Shown here one piece after another: positions 20,095 through 28,558 of a DNA stretch of 64,000 nt. The notes below the pieces were generated by a model. That model was not told the origin of the DNA and made no database searches. It saw nothing but the letters and a program-made list of their open reading frames with translations. The position numbers were made by a program, and so were the translations under genes. The DNA is from Nitrosopumilus sp. GTDB taxonomy: Archaea; Thermoproteota; Nitrososphaeria; Nitrososphaerales; Nitrosopumilaceae. How positions within the stretch are numbered: position 1 is the first letter of the stretch; each line of letters starts with the position of its first letter. The DNA is taken from the NCBI GenBank assembly GCA_963662625.1, contig OY759726.1, forward strand, positions 960,001 through 1,024,000, given 5' to 3'.

Positions 20095-21660
20095 GTGGCC
20101 GCCTTTGGGGATTTTGGAATTGCGATAGCAGCCTTCATCGTGCTGACTCTGGTAGTCGGCATACTGACGGGCAAGCTGGTGAAGCAGAGCGGAAGGCGCC
20201 TCATCGTGGCGGGAAAGAGCCTGCCGCTTGCGATGGTCGGCACGATGCTGGCCGCCCAGGCAGTCGACGGAAACTCCACGCTCGGAAACGTGGCGCTAGT
20301 GTTCGAATTCGGGTTCTGGGCCGGGGCCGTGGTGCCAATCGGCCTGGGGGTCTGCCTGCTGATCACCGCAGCGTTCTACGCCAAACCGCTCAACAAGATG
20401 ATGATGATCACCCTGCCCGACTTTTACTTTAGGAGGTACGGGAACGGCGCCGAAGGGATCTCCGGCGTGCTGATGATAATAAGCTTCATAGTGCTGGTTG
20501 CCGGCAACCTGGCGGCCAGCGGGTTCATCCTGGAGACGGTGTTTGGGATCGACTATTTCTGGGGAATCCTGATCTCCGCGCTGGTGGTGGTGGCGTACAC
20601 CGTGGCGGGGGGGCTTTTTGCGTCTGCCTATACCAACCTGTTCCAGGTCTACCTCGCCATCGGGGCTTTCTGGGTGGGGTTCCTGTTCTTCGCGGGCGGG
20701 TTCTCCGGCGCCCCGTGGGACGTGATATACAACAGCGCCCCGCCGGAATACCTGGACCTGTCGGGCCTGTACGACATCGGCAACGGGGCGCTGATCAACT
20801 GGGGCGCGATACTTGCCCTGGGACTCGGGGACATCATTGCGCTCGACTTTATGGAAAGGGTCTTCGCGGCAAAGAACCCCAAGACCGCCAGGAGGGGGGC
20901 GTTCATGGGCGGCGCGCTGACGCTGTTCACGGTGGTCCCCACCAGCATGCTGGGAATAGTGGCCCTGTACTACCTCCCGGCAGACACGCTTCCTGACTTC
21001 GCCCTGCCCCTGCTGGCCACCGAACACCTCCCGTTCGCCATAGGCGCCGCCATACTGATGGGGGTCATAGGGGCGTCCATGTCCACCGCCAGCGGGGGCC
21101 TGCTGGCCATATCGAGCGTCGTGTCCAGAAACCTGGTCACCAGGATCATACGTAGGCGCTGGCTGGGAAAGCCAGGCACCGACGACAGGAAGCTGCTCTT
21201 CATGACGCGAGTAGTCATAGTGCCGATGATGGTGGCCGGGACGACCCTGGGCTACTTTGTTCCGGCGCCCGGCGTTTACCTGGTTTTGGCGTTTGACATC
21301 ATGTTCGCGGGGGCGTTTGCCCCCCTGACCTTCGGCCTGTTTTGGAAAAAGGCGAACATGCCGGCGGCGATAGCGTCGCTGCTGGTGGGATCGTCCCTGA
21401 GGCTGTCGTTCTTTTTCACCATGCCGGAGGAATGGGCGGGGCTGGACACGATGATCCCTCCGGTCGTCTCCTTCGTCGTATTCATTGGGGTGGCCCTCGC
21501 CACCCAGGGCAGGTACCCCGGAAAGGCGCGGCACGACGTCAGGGACTACGTCCCGCCGGAGGAGGACATCATCATCGGCGAGGACCTCAAGCACTTCAAG
21601 GGCGATTTTATGAGCTCCGGGTTCGACGTGAGCGCTGACCGGCCAGAAGGCAAGACATGA
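20095..21660 (+). CDS. Sodium:solute symporter (SSS family, non-Dur3; choline/proline-transporter-like)
   Basis: About 13 TM helices, VAGKSLP, ITLPDFYFRRYG, YTVAGGL, RVFAAK, ASMSTASG. Confidence 0.88.
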   Translation: MAAFGDFGIAIAAFIVLTLVVGILTGKLVKQSGRRLIVAGKSLPLAMVGTMLAAQAVDGNSTLGNVALVFEFGFWAGAVVPIGLGVCLLITAAFYAKPLNKMMMITLPDFYFRRYGNGAEGISGVLMIISFIVLVAGNLAASGFILETVFGIDYFWGILISALVVVAYTVAGGLFASAYTNLFQVYLAIGAFWVGFLFFAGGFSGAPWDVIYNSAPPEYLDLSGLYDIGNGALINWGAILALGLGDIIALDFMERVFAAKNPKTARRGAFMGGALTLFTVVPTSMLGIVALYYLPADTLPDFALPLLATEHLPFAIGAAILMGVIGASMSTASGGLLAISSVVSRNLVTRIIRRRWLGKPGTDDRKLLFMTRVVIVPMMVAGTTLGYFVPAPGVYLVLAFDIMFAGAFAPLTFGLFWKKANMPAAIASLLVGSSLRLSFFFTMPEEWAGLDTMIPPVVSFVVFIGVALATQGRYPGKARHDVRDYVPPEEDIIIGEDLKHFKGDFMSSGFDVSADRPEGKT

Positions 21661-21709
21661 CCCCGTCCGGGCCCCGGGCGGCACGGGTTCCGGGCGCCGC
21701 CCGTGGCAA

Positions 21710-21725
21710 TACTTAAAAATTTCAA
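21710..21725 (+). promoter_or_regulatory. Promoter motif TACTTAAAAATTTCAA upstream of the chaperonin paralog
   Basis: Exact 16-bp match to 20048-20063; TTAAAAA lies about 28 nt before the ATG. Confidence 0.5.
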
Positions 21726-21740
21726 CAAGGGAGCATCAGG

Positions 21741-23426
21741 ATGAAATACCCCGATCTGATCAACCCGGAAATCTCGCGGATCGGCGTCCAAGAGTCACAG
21801 ATGTATAACATAGTCGCCGGGCAGCTGGTGACCGAAATCGTCAAGACGTCATTTGGCCCGCGAGGAATGGAGAAGGTGTACATCGACATCCTCGGAGAGG
21901 CCACGGTCACCAAGCACGGCGGGGCCTTCCTGAGGAAGATAGACGTCGACCACCCTGCAGCAAAGACGGTGGTCGAGGCCGTCAACGCCGTGGACACGCA
22001 CGTGGGCGACGGCACCGTCACAGCGGCGGTGCTGATCGGGGCTCTGCTCAAGCGGTCCCGGGCCCTGCTGGGGATGGGGGTCCCGACGGCCGCAGTCATC
22101 CGGGGCTTTGAGGTGGGCCTGGACTTTGCACTGGAGGCCCTGGAGGGGATGAAGATCAAGTCGGACCACGCAGACAGGCGGATGATGGCGAGGGTGCTTG
22201 ACTCCTGCCTGGAAGGAAAGGCGATCTTCGACTCCCTGCACGAAGACTCGCAAATCAGCAAGATGATAATCGACGCCGTATGCAGCGTGACTGACTTTGC
22301 CAAACGGAAGACGGACGTGGACAGCATCAAGATCGAGGAAAAACAGGGCAACTCGTCAGACATCCGGCTCGTGATGGGCACCGTGGTGGACAAGACCATA
22401 GACAGCCCCGCAATGCCAGTCGCGCTGGAGAACGCCAGGATCCTCCTGCTAAACGACCCGCTTGAGACCATGCGCACGAAGACGGAGTCGGAGATAGAGG
22501 TGTCCTCCCCCGGCCAGATGGGACAATTCCTGAAGCAGGAGGGCGCCGACGTCCTCTCCCTGGCCAAGAAGATCGTGGACTCTGGCGCAAAGGTGGTCGT
22601 GTCCCGAAAGGGAATCGGCGACCTCGCGCAGGAATACCTCGCAAGGGCCGGGATAATCTCCGTCCGCAGGGCAAAATACAACGATCTCTGGTGGCTGGAA
22701 AAGTCCACCGGGGCCAAGACGTGCATGGATGTCGAGAGGATCTCCGACGGCGAGCTGGGCTTTGCCTCGTCGGTGTATGAGCAGGACGTCGGGGGGGACC
22801 GGATGCTGTTCGTTGAGGCGAGGCAGCCCAGGTCCGTGACGCTCCTGCTGCGCTCCGTCTCCAAAAGCTACCTGGACGAATTCCACCGCACCGCAAAAAA
22901 CGGGATCTTTGCGCTGAGGAACTTCATCGAGGATCCCCACATCGTCTTCGGGGGCGGCGCGTGCGAGGCGGCGTTGGCGCAGAAGGTCAGGGAGCGCTCC
23001 GGGTTCGTGGAGGGGAGGGAGCAACTTGCGGTGCGGGGGCTTGCCGACGCGCTAGAAGAGATACCGCTGACCCTGGCCAGGAACGTGGGGATGAACGCGC
23101 TGGACGTGCTGCCGCAGCTAAGGGCAAGGGCGGCAGGGGCCAGGAATGCGCGGTGGTACGGGATCGACTCGCGTGCGAGGAGGGTCGGGGACATGCGTTC
23201 CGCAGGAATAGTCGACACCGCGGCAGTCAAGGAGCAGGTGTTGAAGACCGCAGTCGAGGTGACCAACATGATCCTGAACGTGGACGACGTCTTCGTGAAG
23301 GACCTGATCGACAACACGCACTGCCACATAGACGGGACGGTCCATGCCCACAAGGATCCCGGAAGGAACCACAACCACTGGGAACAGGAGGGGCTGGAGC
23401 AGCGCCAGATGCACCACTACTACTGA
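21741..23426 (+). CDS. Divergent group II chaperonin (thermosome-like) with His/Cys-rich C-terminal tail
   Basis: FGPRGMEK, VGDGTVTA, GGGACE, ALEEIPLTLARN, ILNVDD; tail NTHCHIDGTVHAHKDPGRNHNHWEQEGLEQRQMHHYY. Confidence 0.88.
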   Translation: MKYPDLINPEISRIGVQESQMYNIVAGQLVTEIVKTSFGPRGMEKVYIDILGEATVTKHGGAFLRKIDVDHPAAKTVVEAVNAVDTHVGDGTVTAAVLIGALLKRSRALLGMGVPTAAVIRGFEVGLDFALEALEGMKIKSDHADRRMMARVLDSCLEGKAIFDSLHEDSQISKMIIDAVCSVTDFAKRKTDVDSIKIEEKQGNSSDIRLVMGTVVDKTIDSPAMPVALENARILLLNDPLETMRTKTESEIEVSSPGQMGQFLKQEGADVLSLAKKIVDSGAKVVVSRKGIGDLAQEYLARAGIISVRRAKYNDLWWLEKSTGAKTCMDVERISDGELGFASSVYEQDVGGDRMLFVEARQPRSVTLLLRSVSKSYLDEFHRTAKNGIFALRNFIEDPHIVFGGGACEAALAQKVRERSGFVEGREQLAVRGLADALEEIPLTLARNVGMNALDVLPQLRARAAGARNARWYGIDSRARRVGDMRSAGIVDTAAVKEQVLKTAVEVTNMILNVDDVFVKDLIDNTHCHIDGTVHAHKDPGRNHNHWEQEGLEQRQMHHYY

Positions 23427-23516
23427 CTGCGGGAGCCGGCCGCGGGCGATCATGCCTGCCCGGGGGCGCCGCGTTCCGTCCTGTCGCCCTCCCGCGGGAC
23501 GCGCTGCCCGCAGCGG

Positions 23517-24557
23517 CTATTTTTTCAGCGTCTTTTCGACGTTCATGTTAAGCACTATCTCCGAGATGTCGCTGGCGTACTCGGAGACGCGCCTTATGTT
23601 CTCGGTCATCCTCCTGACCCTGTACACCTCCTCGTCGTCCTTACGCGATTTCAGCGCGTCCCTTATCCTCTTCTCGAACTTTACTATCTGCTCGGTCTCC
23701 ACGATCGTCCTTTCTGCCTGGGAATAGTCCTCCTTGAACAGTGCCAGGCACGCGTCGTCGAGCATGGACAGGCAGAACCGGTTCATCTCCTCGATCTTCT
23801 CCAGGATGTCCCTCTTTATCGGCTTTTTGAACTCCAGTATGTCGCTTGCGACAAAGGCCGCGTGGTCACCCGTCCTCTCGATGTTCTTGACGATCAGCCT
23901 GTAGCCCAGGCAGTTCCTGGCGTTCCTGAACCCCATCTCCTTCAGCATGTGCTCGTTCTGGATGGCGATCTTCAGCTGCCGGATGATGTAGAACCCGAAC
24001 CTGTCCACCTCGTCGTCGGTGTTGATCACCTCCCGGGCCAGGTCCTGGTTGCCTTCCTTTACGGCCAGTATCGCGTCGCTTGCCATGGACTCTGCCAGGT
24101 GGATCATCCTCTTGAAGGCCCCGTCCACAGAGATCTCCAGCAGGTTTACGAGGACCTGTACCGTGATCCCGCCACTGGAGTCCGATATTATCTCGGAGCC
24201 CATCAGCATCCTCTTCACCGCCTCCTTGACCGTGTTCCTCTGGTTGGGGCTCAGCCTCCCCTTCTTTGGCTTTACGTTGATGGTCTTGAACCCCAGGAAG
24301 TACAGGGAGATCAGCTTCCGGATGATCGACGAGGGCTCCTCCTCCGCATTGATCTCTATGGTGGCGTCCTCCTTCTTCTGGGACCTGGCCTCGAACTTTG
24401 GCGGAAAGAGCTCCAGGGTGGAGGCCCCCTTCCTGACCATCTTCACGTGGTCCCCCTGCTTCAGGTTGAGCTCCGTAACCCACTGTTTTGGCAGCGAGAC
24501 TATATAGGAAGACTTGCCGGTAAACTGGATCTTCCTGGTCTCCTCTCTCTCTTCCAT
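23517..24557 (-). CDS. Phosphate uptake regulator (AbrB N-terminus plus PhoU domains)
   Basis: ETRKIQFTGKSSYIVSLPKQW, DDEVDRF, NIERTGDHA. Confidence 0.9.
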   Translation of the reverse strand: MEEREETRKIQFTGKSSYIVSLPKQWVTELNLKQGDHVKMVRKGASTLELFPPKFEARSQKKEDATIEINAEEEPSSIIRKLISLYFLGFKTINVKPKKGRLSPNQRNTVKEAVKRMLMGSEIISDSSGGITVQVLVNLLEISVDGAFKRMIHLAESMASDAILAVKEGNQDLAREVINTDDEVDRFGFYIIRQLKIAIQNEHMLKEMGFRNARNCLGYRLIVKNIERTGDHAAFVASDILEFKKPIKRDILEKIEEMNRFCLSMLDDACLALFKEDYSQAERTIVETEQIVKFEKRIRDALKSRKDDEEVYRVRRMTENIRRVSEYASDISEIVLNMNVEKTLKK

Positions 24558-24647
24558 GCGCTACATGGCAAACCCCAGTCTATATAGTTTGATTTTTAAA
24601 ATATATTGCTTCATTGGACTAATATTCGGACAGGCCCACACAAAGCC

Positions 24648-25121
24648 GTGGATCCAGTCCTGAAACTAAGGCACACGGTGGACGCGCTGTTCGGCGCCGG
24701 GGTATCGCGCCGCCTCCCAAGGGACGTCGAGTTTACCTTTTCCAGGAAGACGGGGAGGATAAGGACCGTGGCCCACCAGGGCAGGCTGCTCTGCACGCTG
24801 AGGATAGACGGGGGCCTGGCAATCACCCCGTACTGCGCCAGCCTGCTGCTAAAGAGCAGGAGGTTCAGGGAAAACTGCATCGAGGTGAACGACGACGCCG
24901 CCCCGTTCGTGGAGCGCGGGAGATCGGTCTTTTGCAAGCACGTGGCATGGTGCGGAAAGAACGTCCGCATCGGAGACGACGTCCCGGTGCTGTTCGACGG
25001 CAGGGTGATTGCGGTCGGCAGGGCAGTCCTGTCGTCCGAGATGGTGCGGGATTTCCAGAGGGGGGTCGCAGTGCGCGTCAGGGATAGCTTAAAAAGTTCC
25101 GGCGGTGAACCAAAGGCATGA
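24648..25121 (+). CDS. PUA-domain RNA-binding protein (archaeosine TGT C-terminal-like)
   Basis: SRKTGRIR, GRSVFCKHV, VIAVGRAVLS...GVAVRVR; GTG start inferred. Confidence 0.8.
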   Translation: MDPVLKLRHTVDALFGAGVSRRLPRDVEFTFSRKTGRIRTVAHQGRLLCTLRIDGGLAITPYCASLLLKSRRFRENCIEVNDDAAPFVERGRSVFCKHVAWCGKNVRIGDDVPVLFDGRVIAVGRAVLSSEMVRDFQRGVAVRVRDSLKSSGGEPKA

Positions 25122-25459
25122 TGCGCGGCGGGAACAGGGAGATGCGGCGGATGATGGGCAGGATGGGCCTAGAAATGAACGACGTCCCAAACGTCCAGGA
25201 GGTGGTCATCAAGACCGACAAGAAGGAGATAATCCTCTCGAAACCGTCGGTGACCGAGATGAAATCCAAGGAAAACTCGATTTTTACGGTCACAGCCGAC
25301 AGCTATGAGGAGGTCGAACTGGAGTCCCAGATCTTCTCCGAGGAGGACATCCAGCTGGTCAGCCTGCAGGCCGGCGTCAGCGCGGAGAAGGCGAGGCAGG
25401 CGCTCGAGGACGCAAAGGGCGATCTGGCACAGGCGATCATGAGCCTGACCACGGGATAG
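25118..25459 (+). CDS. nac: Nascent polypeptide-associated complex protein
   Basis: MRRMMGRMGL, VQEVVIKT, C-terminal UBA-like EEDIQLV...GDLAQAIMSL. Confidence 0.92.
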   Translation: MMRGGNREMRRMMGRMGLEMNDVPNVQEVVIKTDKKEIILSKPSVTEMKSKENSIFTVTADSYEEVELESQIFSEEDIQLVSLQAGVSAEKARQALEDAKGDLAQAIMSLTTG

Positions 25460-25569
25460 CGCCCGCGCCGCGGCAGGGAGCCGGCTTCCCGGCGCGGCCC
25501 AAAAGCTGGCAGGAGCCGCGGCGGCGACACGCAGGCGGTGGGGCCAAACCGAGGCCCGTGGGACGGCCC

Positions 25570-26906
25570 CAGTAGTTGAAAATGTACCCCCGCGGGGCAC
25601 CGGCCAGCATGTTTTGACACGATCCGTGAACGTTTTGGACAGAAAAACCAATGGATCAGGCGCCCCTGTCATCCATCGTGTACCACCAAAACGAACCACG
25701 GGGGCGCCGGCTTGAGGTGGTGGGCAAGGCGTTTAAAACGTTGCCACGGCTGCTTGGGAAGGCGGGCATCAGGTTCTCGGGCCGGCACAACGCCGCGTGC
25801 GGCATGGCCGACTTCGTGCGCGTGTTGGTACCGGTGTGCAGGGACCGCTCGTGCGCGTCGGGCGCCACCGGGGCGCTCGCCGTGCGCCACGGGCCCCGCC
25901 GCGTGCCGTCGTCGGCGTGGTTCCTGTCCAGGATAGGGGGGGCGTGCCGGGATCCCGGCACCATGGAGGGCAGGTGCAGGGACGCCCTGCGCTCCACGGT
26001 GCGCGGGGCCCGTCGCGCCGGGATCATCAGGGGGGCGTCCCACGCCGTGGCCCTGGACTATCACCTGATACCCAGGTATGACAGGAACCCCGCCACCAGG
26101 GGGGAGCAGCTGGTGCGCGCGAGGCACAGGAACGGGACGTCGCGCTTCGAGGGGTACGCCACCGCCCAGATGGTGGACGGGCCGGGGCTGAACCTGGCGT
26201 GCAGGCCCAAGAAGGGGAGCACGGGGGCCGAGACCGTGCGTGAACTGCTGCGTGACTGCGCTGGCGCGGGCGTCCGCCCGGGGCTGGTCCTGCTGGACCG
26301 GGGCTTCTTCTCGGCAGGGGTCGTCGGGGAGCTGTCCAGATCGGGCCACAGGTTCATCATGCCCGCGTCGCGGACGGCCGGCGTGAAGAGGGCCGTGGGG
26401 GAGCACGCGCGCGGGGAGAGGGATGCGGCGTCCCCGCACGTCCTGACGCCCCAGGACAGGAGCAAGAGGGAGCCGTTCACCCTGGTGATAGTCCCGAAGA
26501 AGGAGGGCGAGGACGGGTGGGACTCGGAGGACGCGCAGGAGAGGTACCTGGCGTACGCCACCAACGCCGGCGCCGGCAGGGCGGTCCGAGCCGCCGACGT
26601 CCCCGACGAGTACAGGAAGAGGTGGGGGACAGGGACGGGGCACGGGGACGCCGAGAAGGCCAGGCCCAGGACCACCGGCACGAACCCCTCAGTCAGGACG
26701 TTCATGTTCTTCATGGCGCTGGTCATGCACGACCCGTGGATGATCTCGGTGGAATGGTCCGCCGGGTGGTACGGGAGGCGCGACACCGCCCCGGTCCGGC
26801 TGGCGATCATGCTGGAGTACGTGGCGAGGCTGGCCGCGTGCGCGGCGTATGGCGGCCGGGCCTGGCCCAACCAGGCGTCTGCCGGCTAGTACATTTTCAA
26901 GTACTG
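25570..26906 (+). mobile_element. ISH3-family (IS4-like) insertion sequence, 1337 bp
   Basis: 18-bp TIRs CAGTAGTTGAAAATGTAC / GTACATTTTCAAGTACTG (1 mismatch); 5-bp target duplication GGCCC at 25565-25569 and 26907-26911. Confidence 0.9.
25651..26889 (+). CDS. ISH3-family DDE transposase, probably inactive
   Basis: VALDYHLIPRY, LLDRGFFS, YATN; YRKRWGTGTGH where YxxRWGIExxY is expected. Confidence 0.8.
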   Translation: MDQAPLSSIVYHQNEPRGRRLEVVGKAFKTLPRLLGKAGIRFSGRHNAACGMADFVRVLVPVCRDRSCASGATGALAVRHGPRRVPSSAWFLSRIGGACRDPGTMEGRCRDALRSTVRGARRAGIIRGASHAVALDYHLIPRYDRNPATRGEQLVRARHRNGTSRFEGYATAQMVDGPGLNLACRPKKGSTGAETVRELLRDCAGAGVRPGLVLLDRGFFSAGVVGELSRSGHRFIMPASRTAGVKRAVGEHARGERDAASPHVLTPQDRSKREPFTLVIVPKKEGEDGWDSEDAQERYLAYATNAGAGRAVRAADVPDEYRKRWGTGTGHGDAEKARPRTTGTNPSVRTFMFFMALVMHDPWMISVEWSAGWYGRRDTAPVRLAIMLEYVARLAACAAYGGRAWPNQASAG

Positions 26907-27073
26907 GGCCCGGGGAACCGCGGCTTTCCCGCGCTTGCGCGCACCTGCAACCCGCGCGCAGGGACTGCCGGCGCGGACGGGGGCGCCGGCATGCCGTGCA
27001 ATGGATGCGGATCCCGCGCTGGCGCGGCCGGCGGACTGAATGGTTTAAGTACGGGATTCGATCCAAGTGTTTC

Positions 27074-27409
27074 ATGAGCAGCGTCGCAGAGTCCAAGGTG
27101 TCGGGCATCATCAAGTCCCTGGGCGAATTGGAGGAGGATCTCGACTCGCTGAACGGCAAGGTCGAGGACATGAAAAGGCAGATGTACCTCAAGACGACCA
27201 GCAAGATAGACTCCATGCTTGAAAAGACGAGGGACATGGCCACAAAGGAGGCCGAGGCCATAATCGACGCCGCAAAGGAACAGGCGACTGCCGAATCGGC
27301 AAAGATAGAGGAGGAGGGCCAGTCAAAACTGGCCGAGATCCAGTCCAGCATCGACGCGAATTTTGATAAAGCGGTAAGCCACGTCGTGTTAACTGTTTTG
27401 AAGCCATAA
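27074..27409 (+). CDS. Coiled-coil protein, probable A-type ATP synthase peripheral stalk subunit H-like
   Basis: 111 aa E/K/A-rich helix (EAEAIIDAAKEQA) ending NFDKAVSHVV. Confidence 0.55.
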   Translation: MSSVAESKVSGIIKSLGELEEDLDSLNGKVEDMKRQMYLKTTSKIDSMLEKTRDMATKEAEAIIDAAKEQATAESAKIEEEGQSKLAEIQSSIDANFDKAVSHVVLTVLKP

Positions 27410-27440
27410 ACCTAAATCGTACGCCTTGCCTAGTTAACCC

Positions 27441-28094
27441 ATAGACCCGCTACGGAACATACGCATAGGAATCGCCACCACGCACGGCAGGCCCTACTAC
27501 AGGTTCTCCACCTGCCTGAAGGCGCTGAACCTGCCATTCGACGCGATACTCCCGCAGGAGATTCCGGCCTACCGCGGCCACCTGGTGCTGACCACCAGGC
27601 TCGAGGCCCACGACGAGTGCGGAAAGCCCGTGCTGTACGAGGACGTCACCGAGCACCACCCTGCCGTGACGCGCGGCATCATGATCCGGAAACTCGGCCT
27701 GGGGTGCCGCCACGAAGAGCTCCTGATAGGGATAGATCCCGGGCAGCTGACGGGGCTGTCGGCATTCTACTGCGGCCGGGAGATAGAAAGCTCCGTCTAC
27801 TCGTCGGTAGACGGACTCGTCGCCCACATAGTGCAGATCCTAGGGGGCCTGAGGGCCGGGCGCAAGATAGTCAAGATCGGCAACGGCAACATGGCAGTCG
27901 CCAGCCAGATCGCCACCACGCTTAACCTGAAGTTCTGCTCCGCGTTCGAGCTAGAATTCGTAGACGAGCGCAGGACGAGCCGCAAAACCAAGCACTTCAA
28001 CCAGAGGGGCAAGCGGGACATGCTGTCTGCAAGATACATCACCATGCGGGAGGGATTCAGGCGTTCAGTCATGCCCCTCTCCATAACCGGGTGA
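27441..28094 (+). CDS. RNase H-like fold (YqgF/RuvC-like) protein with uncertain or non-canonical start
   Basis: LIGIDPG, VKIGNG, VDERRTS, RDMLSA; frame open from 27438 with protein-like sequence well before the first GTG. Confidence 0.7.
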   Translation: MDPLRNIRIGIATTHGRPYYRFSTCLKALNLPFDAILPQEIPAYRGHLVLTTRLEAHDECGKPVLYEDVTEHHPAVTRGIMIRKLGLGCRHEELLIGIDPGQLTGLSAFYCGREIESSVYSSVDGLVAHIVQILGGLRAGRKIVKIGNGNMAVASQIATTLNLKFCSAFELEFVDERRTSRKTKHFNQRGKRDMLSARYITMREGFRRSVMPLSITG

Positions 28095-28166
28095 TCCCCG
28101 CGCACGCGCCGCCGTTCCGCCCTGCAAATCCGCGCAACCCGCCAATCCCGACCCGGGCGCCTTGAT

Positions 28167-28238
28167 CCGGCCCCCAGAGGCCCGATGCGCGGCTGACCCG
28201 GCCCCCAGAGGCCCGATGCGCGGCTGACCCGGCCCCCA
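28167..28238. repeat. 31-bp tandem repeat, about 2.3 copies, intergenic
   Basis: GGCCCCCAGAGGCCCGATGCGCGGCTGACCC at 28169 and 28200, partial third copy at 28231. Confidence 0.85.
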
Positions 28239-28303
28239 CGATCCTGCGCAAAAAGGTAGGCTTTTATTCTAGAGAGCAACGTTGCAGATCAAGTGAATAA
28301 CCA

Positions 28304-28546
28304 GTGTCGCAAACGAGCGCAAAAAGACCATTGACCGTGCTTCAAAAGAGCACCAAAAAGAAGGTCACCATACGGCTGAAAAACGAGGTCGAGTACAAGG
28401 GGAAGATGGACAACGTGGACTCTTACATGAACCTCATCATGACCGATGCCGAGGAGCTTCATGGCAGCCGGGTGATTGCCAACTACGGGCGCGTGATTGT
28501 GAGGGGCAACAACGTATTGTTCATCAAACTCGAAAATGAGCTATAA
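28304..28546 (+). CDS. Sm-like (Lsm/SmAP) RNA-binding protein
   Basis: YKGKMDNVDSYMNLIM (Sm1), GRVIVRGNNV (Sm2). Confidence 0.92.
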   Translation: MSQTSAKRPLTVLQKSTKKKVTIRLKNEVEYKGKMDNVDSYMNLIMTDAEELHGSRVIANYGRVIVRGNNVLFIKLENEL

Positions 28547-28558
28547 GGTAGTGCCTCC

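Noticed and set aside
4188-20097. TTACCT just before the start of all three SSS transporter genes
   Set aside because: Only 6 bp with variable spacing; cannot be distinguished from chance or a generic initiator sequence.
28167-28238. CRISPR or MITE interpretation of the 31-bp repeat
   Set aside because: Head-to-tail tandem copies with no spacers or terminal inverted repeats.
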